The notes below the pieces were generated by a model, which worked only from the letters and a program-made list of their open reading frames with translations, was not told where the DNA came from and did no database searches. From positions 41,642 through 105,641 of IMG/VR virus record IMGVR_UViG_3300044941_000276: DNA of 64,000 nt. The stretch is one strand, 5' to 3'. A program made the translations under genes and the position numbers. This stretch comes from a virus. This document shows, piece by piece, positions 48,204-56,920 of this stretch. Every line of letters starts with the position of its first letter. Position 1 is the first letter of the stretch.

Positions 48204-48211
48204 AAATATTA

Positions 48212-48314
48212 CCATCTATCGTCTAAGTAAGACGATTTGACAATCGCTTATAACAAAAATTGAAGATTATAAGCAATTGTTAAATAAATACAGGTTCGTA
48301 TCCTGTTAGATGGT
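48212..48314 (+). ncRNA. tRNA scaffold whose anticodon arm is replaced by an 18-bp AAUUGAAGA hairpin
   Basis: CCATCTA/TAGATGG; D arm GTCT-AAGTA-AGAC; long arm 48235-48285; T arm ACAGG-TTCGTAT-CCTGT. Confidence 0.75.
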
Positions 48315-48433
48315 CAATTAATCACCTGAGTTTAAGAGATTCACCCTAAGGTAACTGACGTTAAACTTTTTGTCAGGAGAATAAGGTTATGACATAAGTC
48401 ATAGGTGATTTAAGATTTTAAATTATTTATCGT

Positions 48434-48655
48434 ATGAAAGTTTACGTTCATAGGTACCAATTTGAAGGAGTATTAATCGAATTAATATTGCCTCATAACA
48501 AGCCTATTGAAGTTGGTGATGCGATTTCAATTGAAGAAATTGAAATTGAACCAATAAGAATAGAGCACGCAATCTTAGATGCGGTTGTCGTATATTTTTC
48601 TTATAGAAGCAAAGAAAGAAGTGTAATCGTTGACAAATCAAATCTTGAAAAGTAA
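48434..48655 (+). CDS. hypothetical protein
   Basis: ORF track. Confidence 0.55.
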   Translation: MKVYVHRYQFEGVLIELILPHNKPIEVGDAISIEEIEIEPIRIEHAILDAVVVYFSYRSKERSVIVDKSNLEK

Positions 48656-48906
48656 TGGAAGAAATAATCTTGGCGTTGTTAGACACTTGTCTAATCAGAG
48701 AACGCGACCCGCGACAATTTCCAATATCAGAAGACACTATGTATCGGTATAATATGCCTGAGCAATTATGCGATACTATTGTATCTATTGGTAAATATGT
48801 TGAACCGCAAACAGAAGCAGATCGCTATCGTGAAGCTGCAATTGGTAAAACATATATCGTTGACATTTATCAATTATATAATACAATCATTTCTCATGGA
48901 ATTTAA
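48655..48906 (+). CDS. hypothetical protein
   Basis: ORF track; coupled TAATG. Confidence 0.55.
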   Translation: MEEIILALLDTCLIRERDPRQFPISEDTMYRYNMPEQLCDTIVSIGKYVEPQTEADRYREAAIGKTYIVDIYQLYNTIISHGI

Positions 48907-49303
48907 AGTTTTATTCACATCACCTAACGGTTACGCTGTCGATTTAAAAAAACAATCGTTTGGTTATAACCAATATGAGTTTGCCAAACGTTATGTAAAT
49001 CCAATGGAACTCGATCCCCGTGTGGTTTTAGATTACATAGATGAGTTTAAAACCGATATTATCATAGACGTATGTGTAAGTAAAATTAAAGGATGTCTTT
49101 CATCTGTATTTTATGACACTACGTTTGTAAAAGTAATAGTTCCATCAGGAACATTGCGTCGGTATGTAAGTCTCATCCCTGTTGTCGAAAAACATTATGA
49201 TCAAATAACCAGTATAACTTGGAGATACCAAATCAACGATGACAATATATTAGATTCATGGTCGTCAGATGGTTGTCCTTTATACTGGAATCCCATTAAA
49301 TAA
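48896..49303 (+). CDS. hypothetical protein
   Basis: Likely start MEFKVLF at 48896. Confidence 0.55.
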   Translation: MEFKVLFTSPNGYAVDLKKQSFGYNQYEFAKRYVNPMELDPRVVLDYIDEFKTDIIIDVCVSKIKGCLSSVFYDTTFVKVIVPSGTLRRYVSLIPVVEKHYDQITSITWRYQINDDNILDSWSSDGCPLYWNPIK

Positions 49304-49331
49304 TCATTCATTCACCTTAAATTTAAAAACC

Positions 49332-49931
49332 ATGTACAAGATCATCTCGGTCGTTTCAAAAAATTCCTTAATTGAAACAGATTATAGAAAAAACATAATC
49401 ACTAAAGAAATTAAAAAGAGAGAGTCGATCATTGCAAACGAAAACCCTTATTGGGTTAACGTATCGTTATATATGGTCGTCGCCAATCTTAAAAGTTATC
49501 CAAAGCGATGGTATTATGTTGTAGATGAAGAAGGTCGGTATAACATTGCTGTTGCTGACAACGTGTCTAAAGCAACTCCTAACATACCATCGTGGGTTAT
49601 TGACGTTTGGTTAAAAGATAACAATGTTCAATTTAATGTTACTTTTGATGAACTTGAACAATTAAACTATGAAGTAGCAAAAGAAGATAATGTTCAATCA
49701 TCAAATTGCTTGGAGGAGGTTGTAGTAACAAAAGAACATTTTGAAGTTATTCAATTAACTAAAAGTAATAACTTTATATTGAGACACATCAAAAAAGGAC
49801 TGATAGTTATACTTGAAAAAAAACATCATAAGAAGTTTTTTGAAGGTTTAAAATTTCAAGTAGAAAAAGAAACTTGGTCCCGATATGGTGATGTTTTTGT
49901 AGTAAGACCGTTCTCTGTTGTAATTTTGTAA
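49332..49931 (+). CDS. hypothetical protein
   Basis: Likely start MYKIIS at 49332. Confidence 0.6.
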   Translation: MYKIISVVSKNSLIETDYRKNIITKEIKKRESIIANENPYWVNVSLYMVVANLKSYPKRWYYVVDEEGRYNIAVADNVSKATPNIPSWVIDVWLKDNNVQFNVTFDELEQLNYEVAKEDNVQSSNCLEEVVVTKEHFEVIQLTKSNNFILRHIKKGLIVILEKKHHKKFFEGLKFQVEKETWSRYGDVFVVRPFSVVIL

Positions 49932-49935
49932 TATC

Positions 49936-49965
49936 AGTACGCCTCTTGAACAGAGGCGTACTTTA
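49936..49965 (+). terminator. hairpin/terminator
   Basis: AGTACGCCTCT-TGAAC-AGAGGCGTACT-TT. Confidence 0.65.
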
Positions 49966-49979
49966 AATCAGTCAAAAAA

Positions 49980-50690
49980 ATGAAAAAGATTCGTAAAAAC
50001 AAAGAACTTTTTGAATTATTTCAAAACAATAAATTCAAAAATAAAAATATAGATTATATTCAAATGCTCATTGATAGGTATCGGTCGATAGTTAATCCAG
50101 TATTCAAATTAGGTAGTTATGATTTTAATATAAATATATCATATCAGTTTTTAGACAGTCGAGATATTAGAACAATAAAATTATTAGTCGAATCATTTGA
50201 AAAAGAAATTAATCGAGTATATGATGATATTAAAAAAAGATATTATCAAGATATACTCGACTGGGGTAATCAATACAAATCGCCAAGATGGAATTTAGAA
50301 AATTTATACGCAATGGCTGATTATATATCAACTATATCTCAGGAAGAATTTAATATAAGCGCCCCTCTCAATTATGATATAAAACACATCAAAGATGTAA
50401 AAGTAAAAGATGTTATTGGTCATTGTGTAATAATCGATGATCAATTTAATTCTTTTCTTACTCAAAATAATTTTGATTTTCATCGATGGTGTGAAAACTT
50501 TACTGGTTTATCAATACACTGCCCAGAATGGATTTGGTGTTTTGGTTCACAATGGGCTAATACAGATAATACACCAATGGGCGCTGCTATAAGAATACTT
50601 TGGCTTATTGAGTGCGGTTTACCTAATAATTGGGAAGCACAAATGAACAATCAGGCACCTTTGTGTTACGAACAATTTTATGACATATGA
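49980..50690 (+). CDS. hypothetical protein; C-terminal domain paralogous to 50687..51097
   Basis: VIGHC...EW.WCF..QWA..DNTP.GAA.RI.WLI..GLP.NW. Confidence 0.65.
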   Translation: MKKIRKNKELFELFQNNKFKNKNIDYIQMLIDRYRSIVNPVFKLGSYDFNINISYQFLDSRDIRTIKLLVESFEKEINRVYDDIKKRYYQDILDWGNQYKSPRWNLENLYAMADYISTISQEEFNISAPLNYDIKHIKDVKVKDVIGHCVIIDDQFNSFLTQNNFDFHRWCENFTGLSIHCPEWIWCFGSQWANTDNTPMGAAIRILWLIECGLPNNWEAQMNNQAPLCYEQFYDI

Positions 50691-51097
50691 ATAAAAAAAA
50701 TCTTATTTCGATAGCTCGATACTTGCCTACAATAAGACAAGAAAATTTTGACATGTTAAAATTTAGGACTGGTGATAAATCATCTCATGAGTGCAATTCA
50801 ATAGGATGCGTCATTGGTCATTGTACAATATTAGATGACTACGAAAACATACCTCGTACACCTACAGGTCAAATAAATTTTCAATTATGGTCTGAAAAGT
50901 ACACGGGTTTACCTATCGATAGTGAAGAATGGGCTTGGTGCTTTTCTGAACAATGGGCTCATTGGGGAACAGATAATACTCCCATTGGTGCAGCCAAACG
51001 TATAATTTGGTTAATTACCGAAGGACTACCTGAAAATTGGAGAGAACAAATTACAGGTGAAGATCCTTTGTGTTATACGAACATCGAAATATTTTAA
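50687..51097 (+). CDS. hypothetical protein (C...GCVIGHC)
   Basis: Paralog of the previous gene. Confidence 0.7.
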   Translation: MNKKNLISIARYLPTIRQENFDMLKFRTGDKSSHECNSIGCVIGHCTILDDYENIPRTPTGQINFQLWSEKYTGLPIDSEEWAWCFSEQWAHWGTDNTPIGAAKRIIWLITEGLPENWREQITGEDPLCYTNIEIF

Positions 51098-51105
51098 ATA
51101 TCACT

Positions 51106-51414
51106 ATGTATACAATTTATTTAGAATTAAAAGACGGTAGTAAAAGCAAACACACCGTCGAATCAAAACAAGATTTTGCAAATTGGTCGCTTAAAAACAT
51201 TAGAAAATTCGATACTATGGGAGTATTTTTAGTTTATCCTGAACATTATTTGTCAATCGATTCTCCTAATAGTTTTTTCGTAACGCCTTTCTTTGTTGAA
51301 GTTATCGACTGGTTTAAAGACATAAATCTTTCTCCTAAAATATACATAAAAATATTTGAAAGAAATGATTACTTAGGAGTAGTAGATTATTTATATAATT
51401 TTTATAAAAAATAA
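51106..51414 (+). CDS. hypothetical protein
   Basis: Likely start MYTIYL. Confidence 0.55.
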   Translation: MYTIYLELKDGSKSKHTVESKQDFANWSLKNIRKFDTMGVFLVYPEHYLSIDSPNSFFVTPFFVEVIDWFKDINLSPKIYIKIFERNDYLGVVDYLYNFYKK

Positions 51415-51437
51415 CCAGTTGATTTTGTAGTAACTGT

Positions 51438-51481
51438 ACCCGTGTTGCATCCCGTCAGATCTGCTCGCGGGTCTTTTTTTT
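51438..51481 (+). terminator. rho-independent terminator
   Basis: ACCCGTG...CGCGGGT followed by a T-tract. Confidence 0.6.
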
Positions 51482-51591
51482 ATTTAAATATCAATACACA
51501 TGAACGATACTCAATTGGTAACTGTGATAATACTTTTATCATTTACCCTATTTAAAATATTAAAAAGAATAATTTTTAATTCACTTGAGAA

Positions 51592-51963
51592 ATGAGAAAG
51601 CAAGCGTTTTATATCATCATGATTATCATAACTATTTTTATGGCGGTTATTAGTTATGCGTCGGTTCCTCGATGGAATCTTAAATCTACTACTATTATCA
51701 ATAATCACGACTCTATTGTGACATATAAAACGGTGTATGAAAATAAATCAACCGATAACGATACAGTAATTACTGTAGTATTTCAATTACCTCTTGGTAT
51801 CAATCCAGTAAATGGATTACCCGATCATAAATTTTCAGCTGTATATGTTAAATTTACTGTTCAAGGAGTAGTAACAATATATAGAAAAAAATTTAACGAT
51901 CGATACAGAATCATTTCTTTTAGAAAAATGTCAGTAGACGATTTAAAATTATTAATGAACTGA
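51592..51963 (+). CDS. secreted/membrane hypothetical protein
   Basis: N-terminal hydrophobic signal. Confidence 0.6.
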   Translation: MRKQAFYIIMIIITIFMAVISYASVPRWNLKSTTIINNHDSIVTYKTVYENKSTDNDTVITVVFQLPLGINPVNGLPDHKFSAVYVKFTVQGVVTIYRKKFNDRYRIISFRKMSVDDLKLLMN

Positions 51964-51976
51964 ATCACAAAAAAAC

Positions 51977-52357
51977 ATGAAAAAAGGAGATTATGTAAAA
52001 ACCAGTAAAAATAAAACTGGTATAATAAAATCAATAAAATTTATTGTTTACTCTTCTACCGATCCCGATGGAGAAGTTGATGTAAAAGAGATTAGATGTT
52101 TTGAAAACGAAACAGAAGGTTATACTTATATAACAAACCTTGAAAACGATAACCAAGATAGTAATATCTACTACCATATAAAAAAATCTATTATGGTCCA
52201 ACTTGGTAGTAATGAATATGAAATTGGAGAAAACCAATTAAGAACTATCGATTGGTTAACCATCACTATCCCATCGAGTTTTACTCTTGATATAAATAAT
52301 GCTCGAGAGGTACTTGATATGTTATCAAGATATAGAATATATCACACAATCGATTAA
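51977..52357 (+). CDS. hypothetical protein with KOW/SH3-like N-terminus
   Basis: KKGDYVK.....GIIK.I. Confidence 0.5.
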   Translation: MKKGDYVKTSKNKTGIIKSIKFIVYSSTDPDGEVDVKEIRCFENETEGYTYITNLENDNQDSNIYYHIKKSIMVQLGSNEYEIGENQLRTIDWLTITIPSSFTLDINNAREVLDMLSRYRIYHTID

Positions 52358-52394
52358 TTATCAAATCGTTCATTCACCTTTTATTTACACAAAA

Positions 52395-52661
52395 ATGAGA
52401 GTAGCACACGTTTATCATCCAACAAAAGATCCCCAAGGCATGTATGAAATCAATAAAAAGCAAATATCGGGTACACGTAAAGTAAAATTATCCGAGGCTT
52501 ACGTTGATTGGTACACTGTTACTGTTCATAAAGCTCAACTTATGGATCAAGATCTTGTAAGATTGTTCTTTTACATTGGAAACCAAGAACAATCTTGCGT
52601 AGCGTTAAGCGATGAGTACTTGAGATTAAAATCAACCGACGATGCAACTATAACAAACTAG
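52395..52661 (+). CDS. hypothetical protein
   Basis: Likely start MRVAHV at 52395. Confidence 0.55.
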   Translation: MRVAHVYHPTKDPQGMYEINKKQISGTRKVKLSEAYVDWYTVTVHKAQLMDQDLVRLFFYIGNQEQSCVALSDEYLRLKSTDDATITN

Positions 52662-52664
52662 ACT

Positions 52665-53033
52665 ATGAAAAAGCTGATTTTATTATTAATGTTAGCGATA
52701 AGTTTTTCAACTTATGCGCAAACCCAAGACGTTTTGAAAGACAAGATGTATGAAATGAAGATAGAAGATACTACTATAACTTGTTACAAAGTTATACGTA
52801 AGTATACTATCGCAAATGATTACCGTCCTGTTTACATATACGTTTGGGCATTTGTTCCTGTATCGGCAGCAGAGACTATGAATAGTTATGATCTGTGGCC
52901 TTTTTCATTTGACATGAAAATACAATATTGGTATGGTGTCAAAGTAAAAAATCGTTGGGTAGAAGTTCCTATGGGTAATGTAAAAGACACTGATTGGATA
53001 GATGTTAACCATTACTATCACGGAGAAAGATAA
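52665..53033 (+). CDS. secreted hypothetical protein
   Basis: MKKLILLLMLAISFSTYA-Q signal peptide. Confidence 0.7.
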   Translation: MKKLILLLMLAISFSTYAQTQDVLKDKMYEMKIEDTTITCYKVIRKYTIANDYRPVYIYVWAFVPVSAAETMNSYDLWPFSFDMKIQYWYGVKVKNRWVEVPMGNVKDTDWIDVNHYYHGER

Positions 53034-53636
53034 ATGACAAAGTCACAAATCATCTTAGAGGTTGAAACGAGTGATTTTCAACCTCGTTTTTCATTCACAG
53101 ACGATATCGATTCTGTTGTAGATGATATTAATCGCCCGCATGAAGATTATTTTCTTGGATTCAATGATAAAGTTAAAGAAATAATCCAACGTGAAATCGA
53201 GTACGCTCAGTCAGTTGATAATTATTCTATACTTTTTGCTGATGTCTGCAATTGGCAAAAAGAATTGTTTGAGTACAAAAAAGAAAAAATATATCAACTG
53301 CAAAATAATAGTGATGACAAACTCAAAGAAAAAGCAATCGGGTTGCCAAATCAACATATTAACCTCGGTCTTAGACAAGTTAGTGTAAAAGTTGGTCGAT
53401 GGACACCACCTGGGCCTATCTTTCTTGAAGAGTTAAAGTCAATGAACTTCCCTATTTCAGTTGAGATTGTAAAGTCTTTGTGTGATTCTGACGAAGATGT
53501 AAGACTTTATCTTACTGATTGGTATAAAATCTTTCAAACTATTCACATGTTTGAAGATTTCAATGGACGATTAGGAGGTATAGTAATTAACATACTGTCC
53601 TATATCGTAAACGGTCACTACCTTATTAGACTATGA
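53034..53636 (+). CDS. Fic/Doc-family protein with degenerate motif
   Basis: LRQVSVKVG..PP; FQTIHMFEDFNGRLGG vs HPFxDGNGRxxR. Confidence 0.75.
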   Translation: MTKSQIILEVETSDFQPRFSFTDDIDSVVDDINRPHEDYFLGFNDKVKEIIQREIEYAQSVDNYSILFADVCNWQKELFEYKKEKIYQLQNNSDDKLKEKAIGLPNQHINLGLRQVSVKVGRWTPPGPIFLEELKSMNFPISVEIVKSLCDSDEDVRLYLTDWYKIFQTIHMFEDFNGRLGGIVINILSYIVNGHYLIRL

Positions 53637-53995
53637 GTATCAATGAAGAACAACTGAAACAAGTAGTACCTCATATGAATGAGGTACTACAGCGTTGGTC
53701 AGTACCGTATAACATGAAGAATGTAAACGATACTATGAAAAGTTTTATTCTTGCATGTATTTATTATAATGACCGAAAGGAACATTATATAGCTAAAAGA
53801 TTAAAAAAATCTTTTGATGTAAACTTAGATTTGACCTTTGATGGTAAAATCAAACAAGTTAATATCGTAAATCATTTGAAACCATTTGAGCTAGGTACTG
53901 CTTATGAAAATATAATTGATGCTTTACAAACCTTCTTTTCTTTTAAGATAGAAGAGCTTGATTATGAAAAAATTAATAGTATAACATTTCCATAA
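53633..53995 (+). CDS. hypothetical protein
   Basis: ORF track. Confidence 0.55.
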   Translation: MSINEEQLKQVVPHMNEVLQRWSVPYNMKNVNDTMKSFILACIYYNDRKEHYIAKRLKKSFDVNLDLTFDGKIKQVNIVNHLKPFELGTAYENIIDALQTFFSFKIEELDYEKINSITFP

Positions 53996-54001
53996 ACCAT
54001 T

Positions 54002-54385
54002 ATGACAGAAGAAAAAAAGTTTTATGATGCTTTAGCCAAGTTAGATGCTATTATGAAAGGAACACTTAATCGTAAAGATAAAGTAAGATCCGACTCATTA
54101 AATAGCATTGTTGATCAATTGATCGCGGAACAACAACAAGCTGTAGCTGAAAAGGTAAAAGAACATCTTAGACAACTTGTAAAAGCAAAAGCAGACTTTG
54201 ACAGAGTAATGAAAGAAGAAGAAGACAAGTTGAAAGCTCTAAGAGAAAAGAAAATGAAGGAGTTTGTTTCATCTGTTCAAAAGCTTCAATCTATGATAGA
54301 AGATGTTTCAAAAGTAGAAGACAGTTATAAAAGTACTGTAGAAGCTATTTCAAAAGAACAACCAGAAGATAATACTGAAAACTAA
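54002..54385 (+). CDS. coiled-coil protein
   Basis: K/E-rich heptads. Confidence 0.6.
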   Translation: MTEEKKFYDALAKLDAIMKGTLNRKDKVRSDSLNSIVDQLIAEQQQAVAEKVKEHLRQLVKAKADFDRVMKEEEDKLKALREKKMKEFVSSVQKLQSMIEDVSKVEDSYKSTVEAISKEQPEDNTEN

Positions 54386-54405
54386 TCACTTAAAAAATTA
54401 ATCAC

Positions 54406-54609
54406 ATGGAATTATTAATAATAGGAGCAATAGTATTAATATTAGCATTATTGTTCGTAGATGCAAGAGACATTCTTTATTGGATAAGAGTAACAGCTTT
54501 TATCGCATTGTTATTATTTCTCGTAGCAGACATTAGCAATTTTATCATATATGTTATTTTATTTGGTACGGTTATTTACGTATCTACTATTTTATTAAAA
54601 ACAGTATAA
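54406..54609 (+). CDS. small membrane protein
   Basis: Almost entirely hydrophobic. Confidence 0.6.
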   Translation: MELLIIGAIVLILALLFVDARDILYWIRVTAFIALLLFLVADISNFIIYVILFGTVIYVSTILLKTV

Positions 54610-54612
54610 ACG

Positions 54613-54831
54613 ATGATAGTTGTAGAATGGGAAGTGTTATCAAAAGAAAAAGAATGTCGTAGTTTTTATTCATGGGTGTCAGCTTGGGCGTACTTCCGTT
54701 CATTATTTAATCGATGGAGCGAAATAGTTCCATCGATTAAATATATCATTAATGATGATGCTATTTTCATTATGTATCAAGATGGTTATATATCGTTAAA
54801 ATTAAATCATAACGAAAAAGCATTAACATGA
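54613..54831 (+). CDS. hypothetical protein
   Basis: ORF track. Confidence 0.5.
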   Translation: MIVVEWEVLSKEKECRSFYSWVSAWAYFRSLFNRWSEIVPSIKYIINDDAIFIMYQDGYISLKLNHNEKALT

Positions 54832-54998
54832 TAAAGTTTATCCAGGAATACAATCAACGCTTATACCAAAGTAAAGTCAACGATCAGAGGTTGGATCGAA
54901 AACAGTTATATCAATTATAAACTTGTTTTAATCTACGGTGAGGGCTAGTTGGTTTAGTAACCAAGTAAAATAATTATCCACAAAAAAAAACAATCTGT

Positions 54999-55529
54999 AT
55001 GAATAATTTAGAAGTAGCTGTATTACTAAAAATATTAAAAGCTATAAAATCAAATATCGATCCTCTTGATATTATAAAAGAGATGTGTTTAAAAATGGCT
55101 AAGTTTTATGCTCTGGTCAGAGACATTGAAGACAGTAACGATATTGTTTTACCAAAAGAATATATTGAGTTAATGTATGTTATGTATAAAATAAAAGAAA
55201 ATCTCGACTTGCCATGTTTTGACACATCTCCTGAGGCTTGTGATGATAATCCTCCTAGACTATTATCTGATAGTATGATTAGATTTGGGGGTATATTGCT
55301 ATTACAACAACAAGAAGAAGAACAACAACAAGAAGAAGACAAAAGCGTTGATAATCAATATCAAAAATATATTGATGCTGCTTTAAAAGTACAATTTATG
55401 AATTTGATATGCGCTGTCGATTCTAATAGCATTAGTACCGATACTATTACAAACATTATGATACAAGTAAGAACTTTCAAATCCATGGGATTTTCTCGGT
55501 TAATGTATACAAAAGAACTGTTTGAATAA
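54999..55529 (+). CDS. hypothetical protein
   Basis: ORF track; short Q/E repeat. Confidence 0.55.
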   Translation: MNNLEVAVLLKILKAIKSNIDPLDIIKEMCLKMAKFYALVRDIEDSNDIVLPKEYIELMYVMYKIKENLDLPCFDTSPEACDDNPPRLLSDSMIRFGGILLLQQQEEEQQQEEDKSVDNQYQKYIDAALKVQFMNLICAVDSNSISTDTITNIMIQVRTFKSMGFSRLMYTKELFE

Positions 55530-55751
55530 ATGATTGAAGCAATACTTGATATTAAATTAAAACTTGGTATAGCTTACGCATATATCATTTATTTAGAAGA
55601 AGATGAAATTAAAACATGGTTAATTGAAGAGTATTCTAATAAAGATAGAGATGTCTCATCCGACTGCATGATCTTGTTTACTAAAGAATATACTCAATTA
55701 TCTTATAATGTTTTGCTATCAAATCAAATCTTTAATTTTAAAACTTTATAA
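55530..55751 (+). CDS. hypothetical protein
   Basis: ORF track. Confidence 0.45.
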   Translation: MIEAILDIKLKLGIAYAYIIYLEEDEIKTWLIEEYSNKDRDVSSDCMILFTKEYTQLSYNVLLSNQIFNFKTL

Positions 55752-55753
55752 TA

Positions 55754-56920
55754 ATGACAAAGATAAATCTCACAGAACTACAAAATTATTTTAATGAACG
55801 CATGTATGGTTTTGATGCCAAAATATTTGGTATTGCTTGGAATAGTAATCAAAATGTATTACTGACAGGTCCAGGTGGATATGGTAAAACATACAGCGCT
55901 CAATTATTTTATGATTTTTTAGTACATAAAGGTATATTTCCAGAAGGTAGTAAACCTTTCGTTCAATCATTAAATCCCGATACTACCACTGAAAAGATCT
56001 TTGGCGGTACTAACATTAAAGAATTTACCGAAAACGGAGCTATGGTTTATAATTGCCATAATAGCTTTGCTAACGCGCCTTTTGTTATCTTTGAGGAGTT
56101 TCTTGACGCACCATCATCTTCTTTGATGGCTCTTAAAGATGCTCTTACTTCTGGATATGTCAGAGATGGTCTTTATACCTATGAGGTAAAAACAAAGATG
56201 ATAATTGCTTGTACTAATCTTTCAGCAGATGAATTTGCGGAAGATGATGCTACACAAGCTTTATTAGAGCGTTTTAGATTTCAAATGGTTGTACGATGGA
56301 ACAGTCATACAGAAGACGATTATATAAAGTCCTATGAAATAGCAACTGGTAATAAAGGAGACAATATCATTGTTAAAGCAGTAGCCAATGCGGCAGCTGC
56401 TTCTTACGGTGTAGGTGGAGATCGTCCAGTAAGTCCTCGTACTTATATGACAGCGGTTGAAGCTTGTAAAGGATGTGATAAAGATATAGATCCTTTGACT
56501 CCGTTGTATTATATGGATTATCCTGGTGGGTTCAAACCAGCAGCTGTTAAAACTGCTAGCGCTAATCTTGCAGCTTTAAGAAAAGTTATGGAAGATCTTG
56601 AAAGATTAGCCAATTATCAAAGCATGTGGGATACTTATAAAGAGAACTTTAAGACTACGGCTAAAAATATTAACGAAGAAAACTTAATCAAGTTATATAA
56701 TATGGCCGCTAAACTTAAAGAAACTTTAAGCGAGGTCTCGCTTATTAAAGTTACAGATAACGCTTTACCTAACTATCGTAAACTTCTTAGTAGCTATAAA
56801 AGTTTATATACTAGTTGGTATGAGTTTATCGCAAATAAAGTCAAAGAAGACCCATCAATTACTAACGAAAATCTTTTAAAATTATCCAATAGTAGTGTTG
56901 AAAGATATGAATTCAATTGA
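55754..56920 (+). CDS. MoxR/RavA-like AAA+ ATPase (paralog 2)
   Basis: GPGGYGKT; VIFEE; IACTN; ALLERF; VSPR. Confidence 0.85.
   Translation: MTKINLTELQNYFNERMYGFDAKIFGIAWNSNQNVLLTGPGGYGKTYSAQLFYDFLVHKGIFPEGSKPFVQSLNPDTTTEKIFGGTNIKEFTENGAMVYNCHNSFANAPFVIFEEFLDAPSSSLMALKDALTSGYVRDGLYTYEVKTKMIIACTNLSADEFAEDDATQALLERFRFQMVVRWNSHTEDDYIKSYEIATGNKGDNIIVKAVANAAAASYGVGGDRPVSPRTYMTAVEACKGCDKDIDPLTPLYYMDYPGGFKPAAVKTASANLAALRKVMEDLERLANYQSMWDTYKENFKTTAKNINEENLIKLYNMAAKLKETLSEVSLIKVTDNALPNYRKLLSSYKSLYTSWYEFIANKVKEDPSITNENLLKLSNSSVERYEFN

Noticed and set aside
40272-48285. CRISPR array or mini-array based on ATTGAA(G/A) repeat ends
   Set aside because: Only 7-9 nt are shared, spacing is irregular, there are no full-length repeats and no cas genes
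48524-48546. ATTTCAATT-GAAGA-AATTGAAAT hairpin as another motif copy
   Set aside because: Different register (AATT is in the stem) and explained by the coded ISIEEIEIE repeat; not counted
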